Below the pieces are notes generated by a model that saw nothing but the letters and a program-made list of their open reading frames with translations, was not told the DNA's origin and searched no databases. From the NCBI GenBank assembly GCA_965223335.1, contig OZ244991.1, positions 1,440,001 to 1,504,000 of the forward strand: a stretch of DNA of 64,000 nt, read 5' to 3'. The position numbers and the translations under genes were made by a program. Origin of the DNA: Thermodesulfobacteriota bacterium (GTDB lineage: Bacteria; Desulfobacterota_D; UBA1144; Nemesobacterales; UBA2774). Every line of letters begins with the position of its first letter. Position 1 is the first letter of the stretch. Positions 1 to 9,759 of this stretch are shown piece after piece.

Positions 1-102
1 AAAGGCTAAAAAAATCTACCCACCTATATGCTCAATGCGTACGGTACTAATACATAATCACTAATTAGAGGCAATGCGTCTAAAATGGGATTTACCCGCT
101 GA

Positions 103-1053
103 TTAACCGTCAACCAGGGTACAGCCATTGGGATTTATAGTAGAGGTACCTGTAGATCGGATTGCATCTTTGGCACCGGTTATCGTGCACGAGTTTTGTG
201 GGTCTATGATGACCTCGGCAGCTTCAGAAGTCCTTATGCCGTTTTCCCTGTTTGAGGTGATGAAGATGTTGTTATTTATCGGTAAGGCAGTCATCCCGAT
301 CCTTATTGACGAGTTGTCTCTGGCTCTCACCGCATCTCTGTTGGCGATGATATTTATATCGTTATCGGCGTCTAACATAATGGTTGCAAAATTCTCTGCC
401 CTCACAGCCTCGCTGCAGTCTGTCAATATTATGCTTTTCACCCTTATTTCCACTCTGCTCTCGTTTACAGCCTGTATGCATCTGCTGCCGTTTCCGTCTA
501 GCCTAAACTCGGCTTCTAGTTCATCGAATATAAATTCATTTGTGCTGTTTACGCTAAACTTCTTTTGAGACACCACCCACCTGTCGAAAATAATCTGGGG
601 AGGGGTCGTATCGATAATCACATCGAGTGCCACATCGCTTTTCTCTGTAACCGGAATAATACGGGATAGAGAGATACCCTGCACATCGAACTCGAGTGTA
701 ACGAGTCCGGTTCTTGACCTAAATCTTAATTTGAACTCCCCTAACTGGTTGGTCCTGTCCATATCTAGTGTCCTGCCGTTTTCGATGACCCTTACTTTTA
801 TGTCGGGCACCTGTGCATGGGCCGGTACAGCGGGGCTGATTATATCCAGGTAGCGGGATAACATATTTTTATTCTTTTTGTCGAATTTAATGGACGGGCC
901 TTCTGCAAGGATAACCTCCTGTAGCACCCCGTTTATAATAGTCCTGTTGCTGCTGCCGCTATTGCCGCTGTCACAACCCACAATCCCATAGGACATATAA
1001 GAGACCATGAGAATGATAATTACGAATACAGCATTCCTGTTCATTTTCATCAA
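103..1053 (-). CDS. Putative lipoprotein with C-terminal beta-helix-like repeats
   Basis: Hydrophobic N-terminus with lipobox-like IVG-C followed by a G/S linker; repeats CIQAVNESRVEI / AVRAENFATIML / AVRARDNSSIRI / GIRTSEAAEVII; GGAGG upstream. Confidence 0.6.
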   Translation of the reverse strand: MMKMNRNAVFVIIILMVSYMSYGIVGCDSGNSGSSNRTIINGVLQEVILAEGPSIKFDKKNKNMLSRYLDIISPAVPAHAQVPDIKVRVIENGRTLDMDRTNQLGEFKLRFRSRTGLVTLEFDVQGISLSRIIPVTEKSDVALDVIIDTTPPQIIFDRWVVSQKKFSVNSTNEFIFDELEAEFRLDGNGSRCIQAVNESRVEIRVKSIILTDCSEAVRAENFATIMLDADNDINIIANRDAVRARDNSSIRIGMTALPINNNIFITSNRENGIRTSEAAEVIIDPQNSCTITGAKDAIRSTGTSTINPNGCTLVDG

Positions 1054-1224
1054 TTTATATCCTCCAATATGTTAGTTGTAATCCATCATCCACATTAATC
1101 ATGGCCGGTAGGGCACTGCGTGTTAATGTAGAACTTGAACTGTTGATTAATATTATCCTGATATATCAACAATTTGATAATATTGTAAGGAATTTTCTGA
1201 ATTTTGTCTAACTAATAATTAATT

Positions 1225-2310
1225 TTAAAACGACCAGGCGTACTGCCATCCCAACCACAGCACCCAGTCGGTCTCTAGCTGTGGGCCGTCTAGGTCCTGG
1301 TAGAGCGGTAACCCGAACTCCACTGCCAGACGTTGTCCTTTTATGGGTACCGGTCCCCTGGGCACATAGAAATCGAGACCTAACAGCAGGTCAAGCCTGT
1401 TGCCGCCGCGAAGCTTTGGGTCGGCAGTAGGCACAACCGACGAATTCAGCGCGGGGTCGGCCCCTTTGATGTTTCCCCACGACTGCCAGTCGAGTCGTGC
1501 AGATGTCGAAACCCAATTGAACCAGTTCCACACTCCCCAACCTGTGGCATCGAACCGATTGCCTAGTCTGTAGTCTCGGCTGTTCTCACCAAGCCTTACG
1601 ACACCGCTTACCTGTGAGCCCCAGGATAAGCTCTTGTGCTGTCCCCGGTATGTGATCCCCGGCATAAGGTCGAGTGTGCCCGACCCTAGCTGCATAGGGT
1701 AGGGGAGCTGTTGGTCGGGGCCCGCGGGGGTCGCGTCTCTTTCGCTTATAGAACCTGTGGGCAGGCTTAGCCCAGCGTTTAAGTGTACTTGTTGGTTAGT
1801 ACGGTCAAATATCTTTATCAGAAAACTGGTTTTTAAGTCACCCACACCCTCTGATGTAGTTTTGAACCTGACACCGGAGCGTGTTAGGTGATTCATCGAT
1901 TTTTTGATATAGGGCAGCATGACCATTGCGGTTACATAGTCTGTGGGAGCGTACATCAGACCAAACATATGCATCTGCGAGTCCATATCGGTAGGGGTGA
2001 CCATATAGTCCTCGAGTACCTCTGAGTTGCTCACCTTATTTGTGCCGATTCTATTGCCCGCCATGCTCATGAACATGTAGCGGTACGATAGCATTAAGCC
2101 TCCCTCGTCGTGGGTATGAGCCCCCATAACTCCGATCGGGGTACGATCGTCATCGTGATGATGGTGTTTTTGTTGTTGGTGTTGATGATGATGATGGTGG
2201 TGTATATCTTGTGCAGATGTGAGTTTAGTGGTGATGATTAAAAGCATTAAAACACAAACTGATCCAAGCAGAATCTTTTTGCCCGGCTTTATAGTGATTA
2301 CACTGTTCAT
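1225..2310 (-). CDS. His/Met-rich outer-membrane beta-barrel transporter, probably metal-related
   Basis: Signal peptide, then HHHHHHQHQQQKHHHH and PIGVMGAHTH; Met-rich strands; C-terminal Phe. Start moved to ATG 2310 because of GGAGG at 2316-2320. Confidence 0.7.
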   Translation of the reverse strand: MNSVITIKPGKKILLGSVCVLMLLIITTKLTSAQDIHHHHHHQHQQQKHHHHDDDRTPIGVMGAHTHDEGGLMLSYRYMFMSMAGNRIGTNKVSNSEVLEDYMVTPTDMDSQMHMFGLMYAPTDYVTAMVMLPYIKKSMNHLTRSGVRFKTTSEGVGDLKTSFLIKIFDRTNQQVHLNAGLSLPTGSISERDATPAGPDQQLPYPMQLGSGTLDLMPGITYRGQHKSLSWGSQVSGVVRLGENSRDYRLGNRFDATGWGVWNWFNWVSTSARLDWQSWGNIKGADPALNSSVVPTADPKLRGGNRLDLLLGLDFYVPRGPVPIKGQRLAVEFGLPLYQDLDGPQLETDWVLWLGWQYAWSF

Positions 2311-2507
2311 TGTGTCCTCCTCGCAAGAATTCTTTATGATACCCAAGCAGTCCTCGACTGACGGATTACTCCCGTTATAAGTGTGCGTGTACAAAAGCGT
2401 CTCGTATTACTTGTACATCACCCAAACAAACCCATGGGGGTTGTGTATGGCAAGACGACATAACACGCTGTACTTATTGGTAGATATTCAAGGCTATATC
2501 TGGATGC

Positions 2508-2897
2508 TTACGAGGAAATCGGGGGTGCTCTTTGGGATACGGGGGATTTTGAAGCCGACAGTTTGAACTCAAAATCATGGGGTATTACAACAGGTAGTTC
2601 ATGGTGTTGTAAAGAATAGGTGTGCGGTACTAGAGTGTCTGAAGGTTCTTTTTCAATTGTACAGCTATAGCAAAAACAGTCCTTTTCCGGACCCTGTTTG
2701 GAGTTGTTGTTAGTAAAGAATAAAATGATCGGTATTATCCCGTGACCCGGCATGTGGTTCGGGCAGTTCATAACGGAGTAGGAAATCGAATGGCTTTTTG
2801 GGGGCACATAGCGCTCTGAGGAATAGAGCAGAAAGTTAACGGTGAGCGCTATGGTTAGAACTGTAACAACTCTATTCAACGTCTTCCCTCTTCGCAT
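2508..2897 (-). CDS. DUF2946/CruR/CutF-like leader protein (N-terminal hydrophobic segment, CxxC, C-terminal RAPP)
   Basis: CFCYSC at aa74-79 and RAPP at aa123-126, three codons before the stop; directly upstream of the His-rich barrel. Confidence 0.65.
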   Translation of the reverse strand: MRRGKTLNRVVTVLTIALTVNFLLYSSERYVPPKSHSISYSVMNCPNHMPGHGIIPIILFFTNNNSKQGPEKDCFCYSCTIEKEPSDTLVPHTYSLQHHELPVVIPHDFEFKLSASKSPVSQRAPPISS

Positions 2898-3020
2898 GGT
2901 ATATCAGGTGGAGTTTATTCCCATACACATCGGTATGAATTTATGATAATGTGAACATTATAAACTAGATCTGGATCGCACTCAAAATTGTCTAATATCT
3001 AAACAGTCATTGAGTTTTAT

Positions 3021-4070
3021 ATGAATAAGCCGGGTGTGAAGATTAAAGCAGGTGTGCTCGGGGCGACTGGTTATACGGGGGTGGAGCTACTTAGGCTCTT
3101 GGTTGGCCACCCTAGTGTGGATACAATCTGGGTGTGCTCCGAGAAGTTTGCGGGTAAGCATCTATCGGCAGTGTTCCCGCACTTGAGCACCTATACCGAT
3201 TTAATCTGCAACAGTGTGAGTGAACTTGATGGTCTAAAATGTCCCGATGTGGTGTTTTCTTGCCTGCCCCATAGGACCTCAATGCACTTTGTAGCCAAGA
3301 TGTTGGGGAGGGGGGCAAAGGTGATTGATTTCAGTGCGGACTTTAGGTTCGGGGATGGCGATCTGTATAAAGAGTGGTATGGGGTTGATCACAAGCATAT
3401 GGATCTATTAAAAGACGCAGTGTATGGGCTGCCGGAGCTCTACAGAGAAGAGATCAAGGACACACATTTGGTGGCTAACCCCGGCTGCTACGCAACGGGT
3501 GCGGTGCTGGGACTGGTACCCATTGCCTCGATCATGGACCATAGCACTCCTGTGGTGATAGATGCACTATCAGCTATAAGTGGGGCGGGCAGAGCCCCCG
3601 TGCTCGCACAGCATTACCCTGAAGCTAACGAAGCTATCTCGCCTACCGATCAATTCCCCCATAACCAAACCCCTGAGATCGAGGTGCAATTGGACACTCT
3701 ATCGGGCAACTCAAACCGTGTGATATTTATGCCCCATACCGTGCCTATAAATAGGGGGATCTTGACCACTATTTATGTTGGATTGGAGCAACAAATATCC
3801 AAAGAAGAGCTAAATAGTATCTACGAAGAATACTATAAGGACGAGAGGTTTGTGAGGGTAGCCGGACCGGGGACCTACCCCCGTGTGGAGTTTACTAAAT
3901 CCACAAATTTTCTGGATGTTGGTGTAACAATATTTGAAGGCAGGGCAATCATAGTTGTTGCGCACGATAATCTGGGTAAGGGCGCATCGGGACAGGCTCT
4001 ACAGAACATGAACATCATGTTCGGCCTGCCGGAGGATACGGGACTTACAAATCCGGGGGTCTATCCGTAA
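3021..4070 (+). CDS. argC: N-acetyl-gamma-glutamyl-phosphate reductase family protein (divergent ArgC)
   Basis: GATGYTG, DFSADFR, YGLPE, NPGCY catalytic Cys, DNLGKGASGQA; the usual HRHxPE reads HNQTPE. Confidence 0.8.
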   Translation: MNKPGVKIKAGVLGATGYTGVELLRLLVGHPSVDTIWVCSEKFAGKHLSAVFPHLSTYTDLICNSVSELDGLKCPDVVFSCLPHRTSMHFVAKMLGRGAKVIDFSADFRFGDGDLYKEWYGVDHKHMDLLKDAVYGLPELYREEIKDTHLVANPGCYATGAVLGLVPIASIMDHSTPVVIDALSAISGAGRAPVLAQHYPEANEAISPTDQFPHNQTPEIEVQLDTLSGNSNRVIFMPHTVPINRGILTTIYVGLEQQISKEELNSIYEEYYKDERFVRVAGPGTYPRVEFTKSTNFLDVGVTIFEGRAIIVVAHDNLGKGASGQALQNMNIMFGLPEDTGLTNPGVYP

Positions 4071-4073
4071 CCC

Positions 4074-5552
4074 ATGAATACGACATACGATCTGTTGGCG
4101 GAGTCGGCTAAAAAGCATCCTAATAGCATTGCCCTTATCGAGGGTGCCGTTTCCACTTCTTATGAATTGCTGCTTAAAGAAGTGAACTCCATGGCCTCGT
4201 ACCTGACTACTATAGGAATAGAGAACGGATCTAAGGTGGGCATTTATGTTCCCAATTCACGTTTGTTCGTTATAGCATTTTTTAGTGTTGCCAAGCTGGG
4301 TGCGGTATCGGTGCCCATAGACAACGTTTTGAAACTAGGTGAGGTGAGGTTTTTTGTAAAGCATGCGGGGCTCGATCATCTAATCACCGAAACAGCTCTG
4401 GAACCATTAGCCCGGGAGGCTGTGTCAGGACTAAGCACTCGAGTAGTAGCATTTGATCTGGACTGGATAGACGCAAACATAGACCGCGGTGCCCTGACGA
4501 ATGCCTCGGACCAAGATAACGAAGTCGGGGTCGATGACGATGCAATATATCTATACTCCACAGGGTCTACGGGCGAGCCCAAGCGGGTTGCCAGGTCGCA
4601 TAGAAACCTGGTAGCCCTTGCGGATAATCATACTAGCACCGTGGGCTGGGCCGAGCGCGACACCATATTGTTTGTACTTCCCCTCTCTCATACCTATGCA
4701 TTCGGCAACTTTATTAGTGCGGTTAAAATCGGTTCGACTCTAGTACTTATGAGGGAATTTAACCGCAGTGAAGTAGTGAATAGTATCTCGAAACATTCCG
4801 TAACAATTTTTCCGGCTGTGCCTTTTATACTCGATATTCTAAGCAGGTCAAAAGTGGGCGGCCCCGCGGATCTTAGCTCTTTGGAACTTGTGATCTCTGC
4901 GGGGGCACCTCTGTCGCGGGATACATTTGAGGGGTTCTACAAGCGCTATGGGATCTATCCCCACCAGCTCTACGGCTCTACAGAGACGGGGGTCATAGCA
5001 ATTAACTTGGCTCCCGACATCGAGTCGAGGTGGGACTCGGTCGGCAGGCCCGTGAACAATGTGGAGGTAAGGGTTGTCGGGGATGATGGAGAGCCGAGGG
5101 GTGTGGATGAATTAGGAGAGATAACTGTGCGCAGTCCTTCGATGACCACTGGCTATTATGGGTTGGAGGAAGAGACCAAACAGGTCTTTAGGGGTGGGTT
5201 CTACTACACTGGGGATCTAGGTAGGATAGATTCCGAGGGCTTCATCTATATAGTGGGTAGGAAAAAATTGTTTATTAACCTAAGTGGCAACAAGGTGGAC
5301 CCGGTCGAGGTCGAGAACGTGCTGCTCAGTTGTGCGGGGGTTACGGATGCTGCGGTGTATGGAGTAAGCGACCAAAAAGGTGGGGAGGTAGTGAAGGCCG
5401 CACTTGTCGTGGAGGGGGATGTCGAGACGGGCCTCATAATCGAGCAGTGCAGAGAGAGGCTTGCCGATTACAAGGTGCCGAGATTCTTTGAGTATATAGA
5501 TCAGATCCCCCGCAGCCCGACGGGTAAAATACTTAGGGAGAAACTCAAATAG
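4074..5552 (+). CDS. Class I adenylate-forming enzyme (acyl-CoA/acyl-ACP ligase)
   Basis: YSTGSTGEPK P-loop, YGSTE, YTGDLG, GRKK, PRSPTGKI. Confidence 0.9.
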   Translation: MNTTYDLLAESAKKHPNSIALIEGAVSTSYELLLKEVNSMASYLTTIGIENGSKVGIYVPNSRLFVIAFFSVAKLGAVSVPIDNVLKLGEVRFFVKHAGLDHLITETALEPLAREAVSGLSTRVVAFDLDWIDANIDRGALTNASDQDNEVGVDDDAIYLYSTGSTGEPKRVARSHRNLVALADNHTSTVGWAERDTILFVLPLSHTYAFGNFISAVKIGSTLVLMREFNRSEVVNSISKHSVTIFPAVPFILDILSRSKVGGPADLSSLELVISAGAPLSRDTFEGFYKRYGIYPHQLYGSTETGVIAINLAPDIESRWDSVGRPVNNVEVRVVGDDGEPRGVDELGEITVRSPSMTTGYYGLEEETKQVFRGGFYYTGDLGRIDSEGFIYIVGRKKLFINLSGNKVDPVEVENVLLSCAGVTDAAVYGVSDQKGGEVVKAALVVEGDVETGLIIEQCRERLADYKVPRFFEYIDQIPRSPTGKILREKLK

Positions 5553-5564
5553 CTGGAACGTGCT

Positions 5565-5825
5565 ATGCACAGAGATACTAAAGATAGGGTGAGGGGGGTG
5601 TTGCAAGAGCATCTGCCCCAATCTGTAGGGAACCAGGAATTAAAAGATGACCAGCGCCTTATAGAGCTTGGGATAGGTGTGGATTCTGTGTCTACATTGG
5701 AGATTATTGTGGCATTGGAAGAGGAGTTTGGGGTGACGATTGATGATGAGCAAGTCCAAAAGGGTCTGCTTGAGGACTTACAAAGTATAAGTAGATATAT
5801 AGAGGAGTTGCGAGGGGAGGATTAG
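5565..5825 (+). CDS. Acyl/peptidyl carrier protein
   Basis: 86 aa acidic protein with GVDSV phosphopantetheine Ser and LEEEFGV. Confidence 0.85.
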   Translation: MHRDTKDRVRGVLQEHLPQSVGNQELKDDQRLIELGIGVDSVSTLEIIVALEEEFGVTIDDEQVQKGLLEDLQSISRYIEELRGED

Positions 5826-5836
5826 TCCACTTATTG

Positions 5837-6547
5837 CTAGCTCGTAAGTCCCTTTTCATCCATATAGCTCTCAAATGAGCTCATGAACTCTTTACGCACA
5901 CGTTCACTGGCCTTGCCTATGGGCTCTATTACAAACTTTTCATAAAGCTCTGATGCTGTGGCCTCGAGTTTGGTGTCGCCAGTGGTACGTGCGAGCCTTA
6001 GCACTGCTATGGAATTATAGAAAATGGCCCTAAAGAGCGAGCTTCGAGCATCGTTAAACTTAAACTCTTCCAGAGCTTTATGTGCTTCGATAAGAGCATA
6101 GAACCCCACACCGCAAAATAGAGTGAGTAGTTTTTTTGCCTCGTCCTGTGACATACCCTCGATCAGGTAAACGAGCGGAGCCTCCACAATGGATTCGAGC
6201 TCTTTTTCTCTGCTGAGTATATCTGCCAGCTGTTTCACCTTTCTTTCGTCGGCGTTATTAAGCAGGTCTTTTAAGGCGCTCTGTACGTATTCGAGTGCAA
6301 AGCTGTCGCGGATCTCCTCCAAAGTCAGGCCCTCTGACTTGAGTGCTTTGATATGTGCAAGTTTGTCAACGGTTTTCTCAGGGAAGTAGAGCTCGGTTTT
6401 CCTTGAGTCCTTTAGTCTTTTGCGCTTGGGTTTGGGGATTAGGCCCAGTTTGGCACACGCTTTTATTGTCTGGATGGGATCTCTGCCAAGGTCGATTTTT
6501 CTTTTTTTGGCTTCTTTTACAATTTGATTGATCGACAGATCTTGCAT
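5837..6547 (-). CDS. MerR-like HTH protein with helical C-terminal domain
   Basis: LGLIPKP...LYFPEKTVDKLAHIKALKSEGLTLEEIR resembles the MerR winged HTH. Confidence 0.6.
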   Translation of the reverse strand: MQDLSINQIVKEAKKRKIDLGRDPIQTIKACAKLGLIPKPKRKRLKDSRKTELYFPEKTVDKLAHIKALKSEGLTLEEIRDSFALEYVQSALKDLLNNADERKVKQLADILSREKELESIVEAPLVYLIEGMSQDEAKKLLTLFCGVGFYALIEAHKALEEFKFNDARSSLFRAIFYNSIAVLRLARTTGDTKLEATASELYEKFVIEPIGKASERVRKEFMSSFESYMDEKGLTS

Positions 6548-6654
6548 AGATAGATATTAAGCACGTTGGCCGGATTTTGTCAATCTATCACTGTCATAAC
6601 CTGCATAGATCGTTTGTCATAACGATTGATATTTTGCGGTTTTAATTAGATAAT

Positions 6655-7422
6655 ATGGTTGTGGCGACCAGTACTCTAGTTGTGTACGAGCCGTTGGACG
6701 GTTTTAAGGATAAAACCTATTACTGGCAGCAGTATATAGAGTTTTATGAACAGTATTGGGGTGGGCCGACCTCTCCATACGGTGTGTGGTTCGGCAACGA
6801 ATATCAGGCGTTTCGAGATGCATTGGCCAATTTTTTGGATATGGACGAAAAAGAGGTGGAAGACTGTTTTTTTATGAAGGATAAAGAGGGTAAGTATTAC
6901 CTGGCACCATTGGCAACGAACAGCAATATGCTGGCTAGCTATAACACCATCCCAATTCATTGGTTTGTGCCATTTCGGGAAAGCGATCGCAAAAGCCTAT
7001 ACACACACTGGGGTTTTAATGCCATTCATTACGATACCAGAATAGGTACTGCACTCGAGAACTTTAAAAAAGCGACTGAGATCATTGAGAAATATCTGAG
7101 TAGGGCGGACTCAGGGCAGGCCGATAAGGTGTTGTCTAGTACCCTAAACACTCTTAAAAATGATATACATACCACCGTGATGTGGCTCTCGGGGTTTAAT
7201 GCAACAGGGTTTTTACTGCTAAACTACGGGGATCTATGCTCTGTTATCCATCCCCTCACACTCAAAAACGAACAATCCGTACAGCAGATCCAGAACTTTC
7301 TCGGCTACCTGGACTCAAACCACATAGAGCAAGCTCAATCCGAGCTTAACGTTGTGATGCAGAAATGGGAAGATATCAGAATGAAGGCTAGTGGAGAGAT
7401 CTCCAGAGACACACTGCAATAA
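6655..7422 (+). CDS. Hypothetical protein
   Basis: 255 aa ORF filling the gap between genes; no recognised motif. Confidence 0.6.
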   Translation: MVVATSTLVVYEPLDGFKDKTYYWQQYIEFYEQYWGGPTSPYGVWFGNEYQAFRDALANFLDMDEKEVEDCFFMKDKEGKYYLAPLATNSNMLASYNTIPIHWFVPFRESDRKSLYTHWGFNAIHYDTRIGTALENFKKATEIIEKYLSRADSGQADKVLSSTLNTLKNDIHTTVMWLSGFNATGFLLLNYGDLCSVIHPLTLKNEQSVQQIQNFLGYLDSNHIEQAQSELNVVMQKWEDIRMKASGEISRDTLQ

Positions 7423-7601
7423 CAGCAGGTTTTACGAATTTCCAACTACATCTAAGTTTCCATATATCGAATTACCGATTTTTTAATATTATTTTAAATC
7501 TGAAACCTATCCTCAATCGTAATAGTTAATAGATATACATGAGGTAAATGGAGAGCATCATTCTCATACAACATGCATCCTAACTGTTAAGGAGGCTTTC
7601 T

Positions 7602-8834
7602 ATGACTAAGGGCGCTGGACTAAAAGAAATTTTTGTCGATATGGGTACAGAAGAAATGGAAAACATGACGCAAGAGGATTACGAAGACAACATAGAGGAT
7701 AACGAAGAGTTTGAAACAGAAGATGTAAGCACAGACCTAAAAACCGACACTCAAATATCCAATAAAAAAGACAATATTGAGATCAATAATAACGATCTTA
7801 GAATGATAAATGCATACTTCAAAGAGGTAAGCACCGAGTCACTCCTCACACCTGCCGAGGAGATAAACGTTGCGGCAAAGATACGCCAGTGCGAGGCGCG
7901 CTCCCAAAAGCTTCGTCAGAAGCTCGAGGACGCATTGGGCAAGAAGCTTGACCGTGACCACTCCAAAGCTATTGCAAAGCTTAATTCCTACATCAAAAAC
8001 GGAGTACTCAGGGCTAGGATTAAAGACAACAAATCCTCACTCAACAGAGGCGAGATAGTAAAGACATTCAATCTGCTCAAGGCCTATGTGAACAAAGGGG
8101 TTATGCTCCGTAACAGGTTTATCAAGGCCAACCTTAGGCTTGTGGCCAGTATGGCAAAGAGGTATTTGGGCAGAGGGGTTCATTTCCTGGATCTGATTCA
8201 GGAGGGCAATCTGGGACTCATAAAGGCCGTAGAGCGCTTTGACTACACCAAGGGTTACAGGTTCTCGACCTATGCGTGCTGGTGGATCAACCAGGCTATG
8301 ACCAGGGGGGTATTTAACCAGACTAGGACAGTGAAAATCCCGGCATACCTGCTCGAGAAGGCGGGTAAAGTGAGGTCGGAGCGTAAAAAATTCAAGGAAG
8401 AGCACGGCCGTGAGCCCCATGCAAATGAGATTGCCAAGCGCTTGGAGATGAGCGTTGAGAATGTAAAGCGTATACTCGAGTCGGCAGGGAACAATGTTGT
8501 GACACTCGACACTCCGGTGTGGAACGGAGAAAAAGCAACCTATATGGACTACATAGAGGACTCGAACTCCATGGTCGTAGACAGCGTAATAGCAGAGGTG
8601 TCGATCCCCGATAACATCAACCACGCTCTGCTCCATCTCAATGTACGAGAGAGAGAGGTGGTCAAGATGAGGTTTGGTATAGGGTATGAAGTAACTTATA
8701 CGCTAGACGAGATCGGCAGAAAATTTAGCCTTACCCGAGAGAGGATTAGGCAGATCGAAAAGAAGGCCCTTGAGAGGATAAGGAAGTCGGACTCGGGACC
8801 GGTCCTTAGGAGCCTCATGGAAGTATATAGTTAG
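7602..8834 (+). CDS. Sigma70-family factor, RpoD/RpoS-like paralog (group 2)
   Basis: [50 protein letters not shown]. Confidence 0.9.
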   Translation: MTKGAGLKEIFVDMGTEEMENMTQEDYEDNIEDNEEFETEDVSTDLKTDTQISNKKDNIEINNNDLRMINAYFKEVSTESLLTPAEEINVAAKIRQCEARSQKLRQKLEDALGKKLDRDHSKAIAKLNSYIKNGVLRARIKDNKSSLNRGEIVKTFNLLKAYVNKGVMLRNRFIKANLRLVASMAKRYLGRGVHFLDLIQEGNLGLIKAVERFDYTKGYRFSTYACWWINQAMTRGVFNQTRTVKIPAYLLEKAGKVRSERKKFKEEHGREPHANEIAKRLEMSVENVKRILESAGNNVVTLDTPVWNGEKATYMDYIEDSNSMVVDSVIAEVSIPDNINHALLHLNVREREVVKMRFGIGYEVTYTLDEIGRKFSLTRERIRQIEKKALERIRKSDSGPVLRSLMEVYS

Positions 8835-8897
8835 AATTAGAAAGCACTATTAAGGATCTCTCCTCCTACTTAGTGACATCCATTATTGAGTACTTAA

Positions 8898-8930
8898 AGA
8901 GGGGGCCCATGGGCTCCCTCTATTTTTTTT
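8898..8930 (+). terminator. Intrinsic terminator after the sigma factor gene
   Basis: AGAGGGGGCC-catg-GGCTCCCTCT stem followed by a T8 tract. Confidence 0.8.
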
Positions 8931-9006
8931 GTGCTGTGGTTTTCTTGCCTTCCCCACATATTACAGATATACACCTAGCGTTACTAACTTTAATCTCACT
9001 TAGCAA

Positions 9007-9663
9007 ATGAAGAATAAGGATATTCACGATGTTGTCGCAATTCTCACTAAGGAGTCTCGTAACTGGGACGTCCCTATAGTCACCCTCCAGGCCGAGACTA
9101 CTCGTGACCCGTTTAGGGTGCTTATTTCCACAGTGCTTAGTCTAAGAACCAAAGACCAGACAACCGCAGAGGCATCGAGGAGATTATTTGGCTTGGCAGC
9201 GACACCCGAGGGAATAGTTGCGTTGGGTGAGGCCAAGATCAAAAAGGCTATATATCCTGTGGGGTTCTATAGAACCAAGGCAAAGAATATCGTCTCTATA
9301 TGTAGGACGCTGATTAAAGAGTACAACTCTATAGTACCCGACGATATAGACGAGCTGCTTACACTCCCTGGGGTAGGGCGCAAGACTGCCAACCTGGTGG
9401 TCACACTTGGGTACAATAAACCCGGGATATGTGTGGATACCCATGTGCACAGGATATCTAACCGCTTGGGTTATATAAAAACGAAAACCCCGCTTGAGAC
9501 CGAGACGGCACTCCGAGCGAAACTCCCCGGGGAATACTGGATTGACTATAACAGTTTATTGGTGGCGTTCGGACAGTTTTTATGCAGACCAATCTCTCCA
9601 TTGTGCAGCCGGTGCCCGATCTATAAGTACTGTAAAAGGGTCGGTGTCAAAAAGAGCAGATAA
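9007..9663 (+). CDS. nth: Endonuclease III
   Basis: HhH LPGVGRKTA, VDTHVHR, C-x6-C-x2-C-x5-C 4Fe-4S motif. Confidence 0.95.
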   Translation: MKNKDIHDVVAILTKESRNWDVPIVTLQAETTRDPFRVLISTVLSLRTKDQTTAEASRRLFGLAATPEGIVALGEAKIKKAIYPVGFYRTKAKNIVSICRTLIKEYNSIVPDDIDELLTLPGVGRKTANLVVTLGYNKPGICVDTHVHRISNRLGYIKTKTPLETETALRAKLPGEYWIDYNSLLVAFGQFLCRPISPLCSRCPIYKYCKRVGVKKSR

Positions 9664-9671
9664 CCGCAAGA

Positions 9672-9699
9672 TTGACTAACCTATGTTTCCAAATATAAT
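9672..9699 (+). promoter_or_regulatory. Sigma70-type promoter for nuoJKL
   Basis: TTGACT-N16-TATAAT. Confidence 0.6.
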
Positions 9700-9759
9700 T
9701 CAATAGCCTTACTCATAGATGTTTCTAATATTTAATCATAGGACGAGGTACATTTAGCT

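Noticed and set aside
5565..5825. LysW-type amino-group carrier for the ArgC/LysY homologue
   Set aside because: No zinc-finger Cys and no EDWGE terminus; it has a phosphopantetheine DS motif instead
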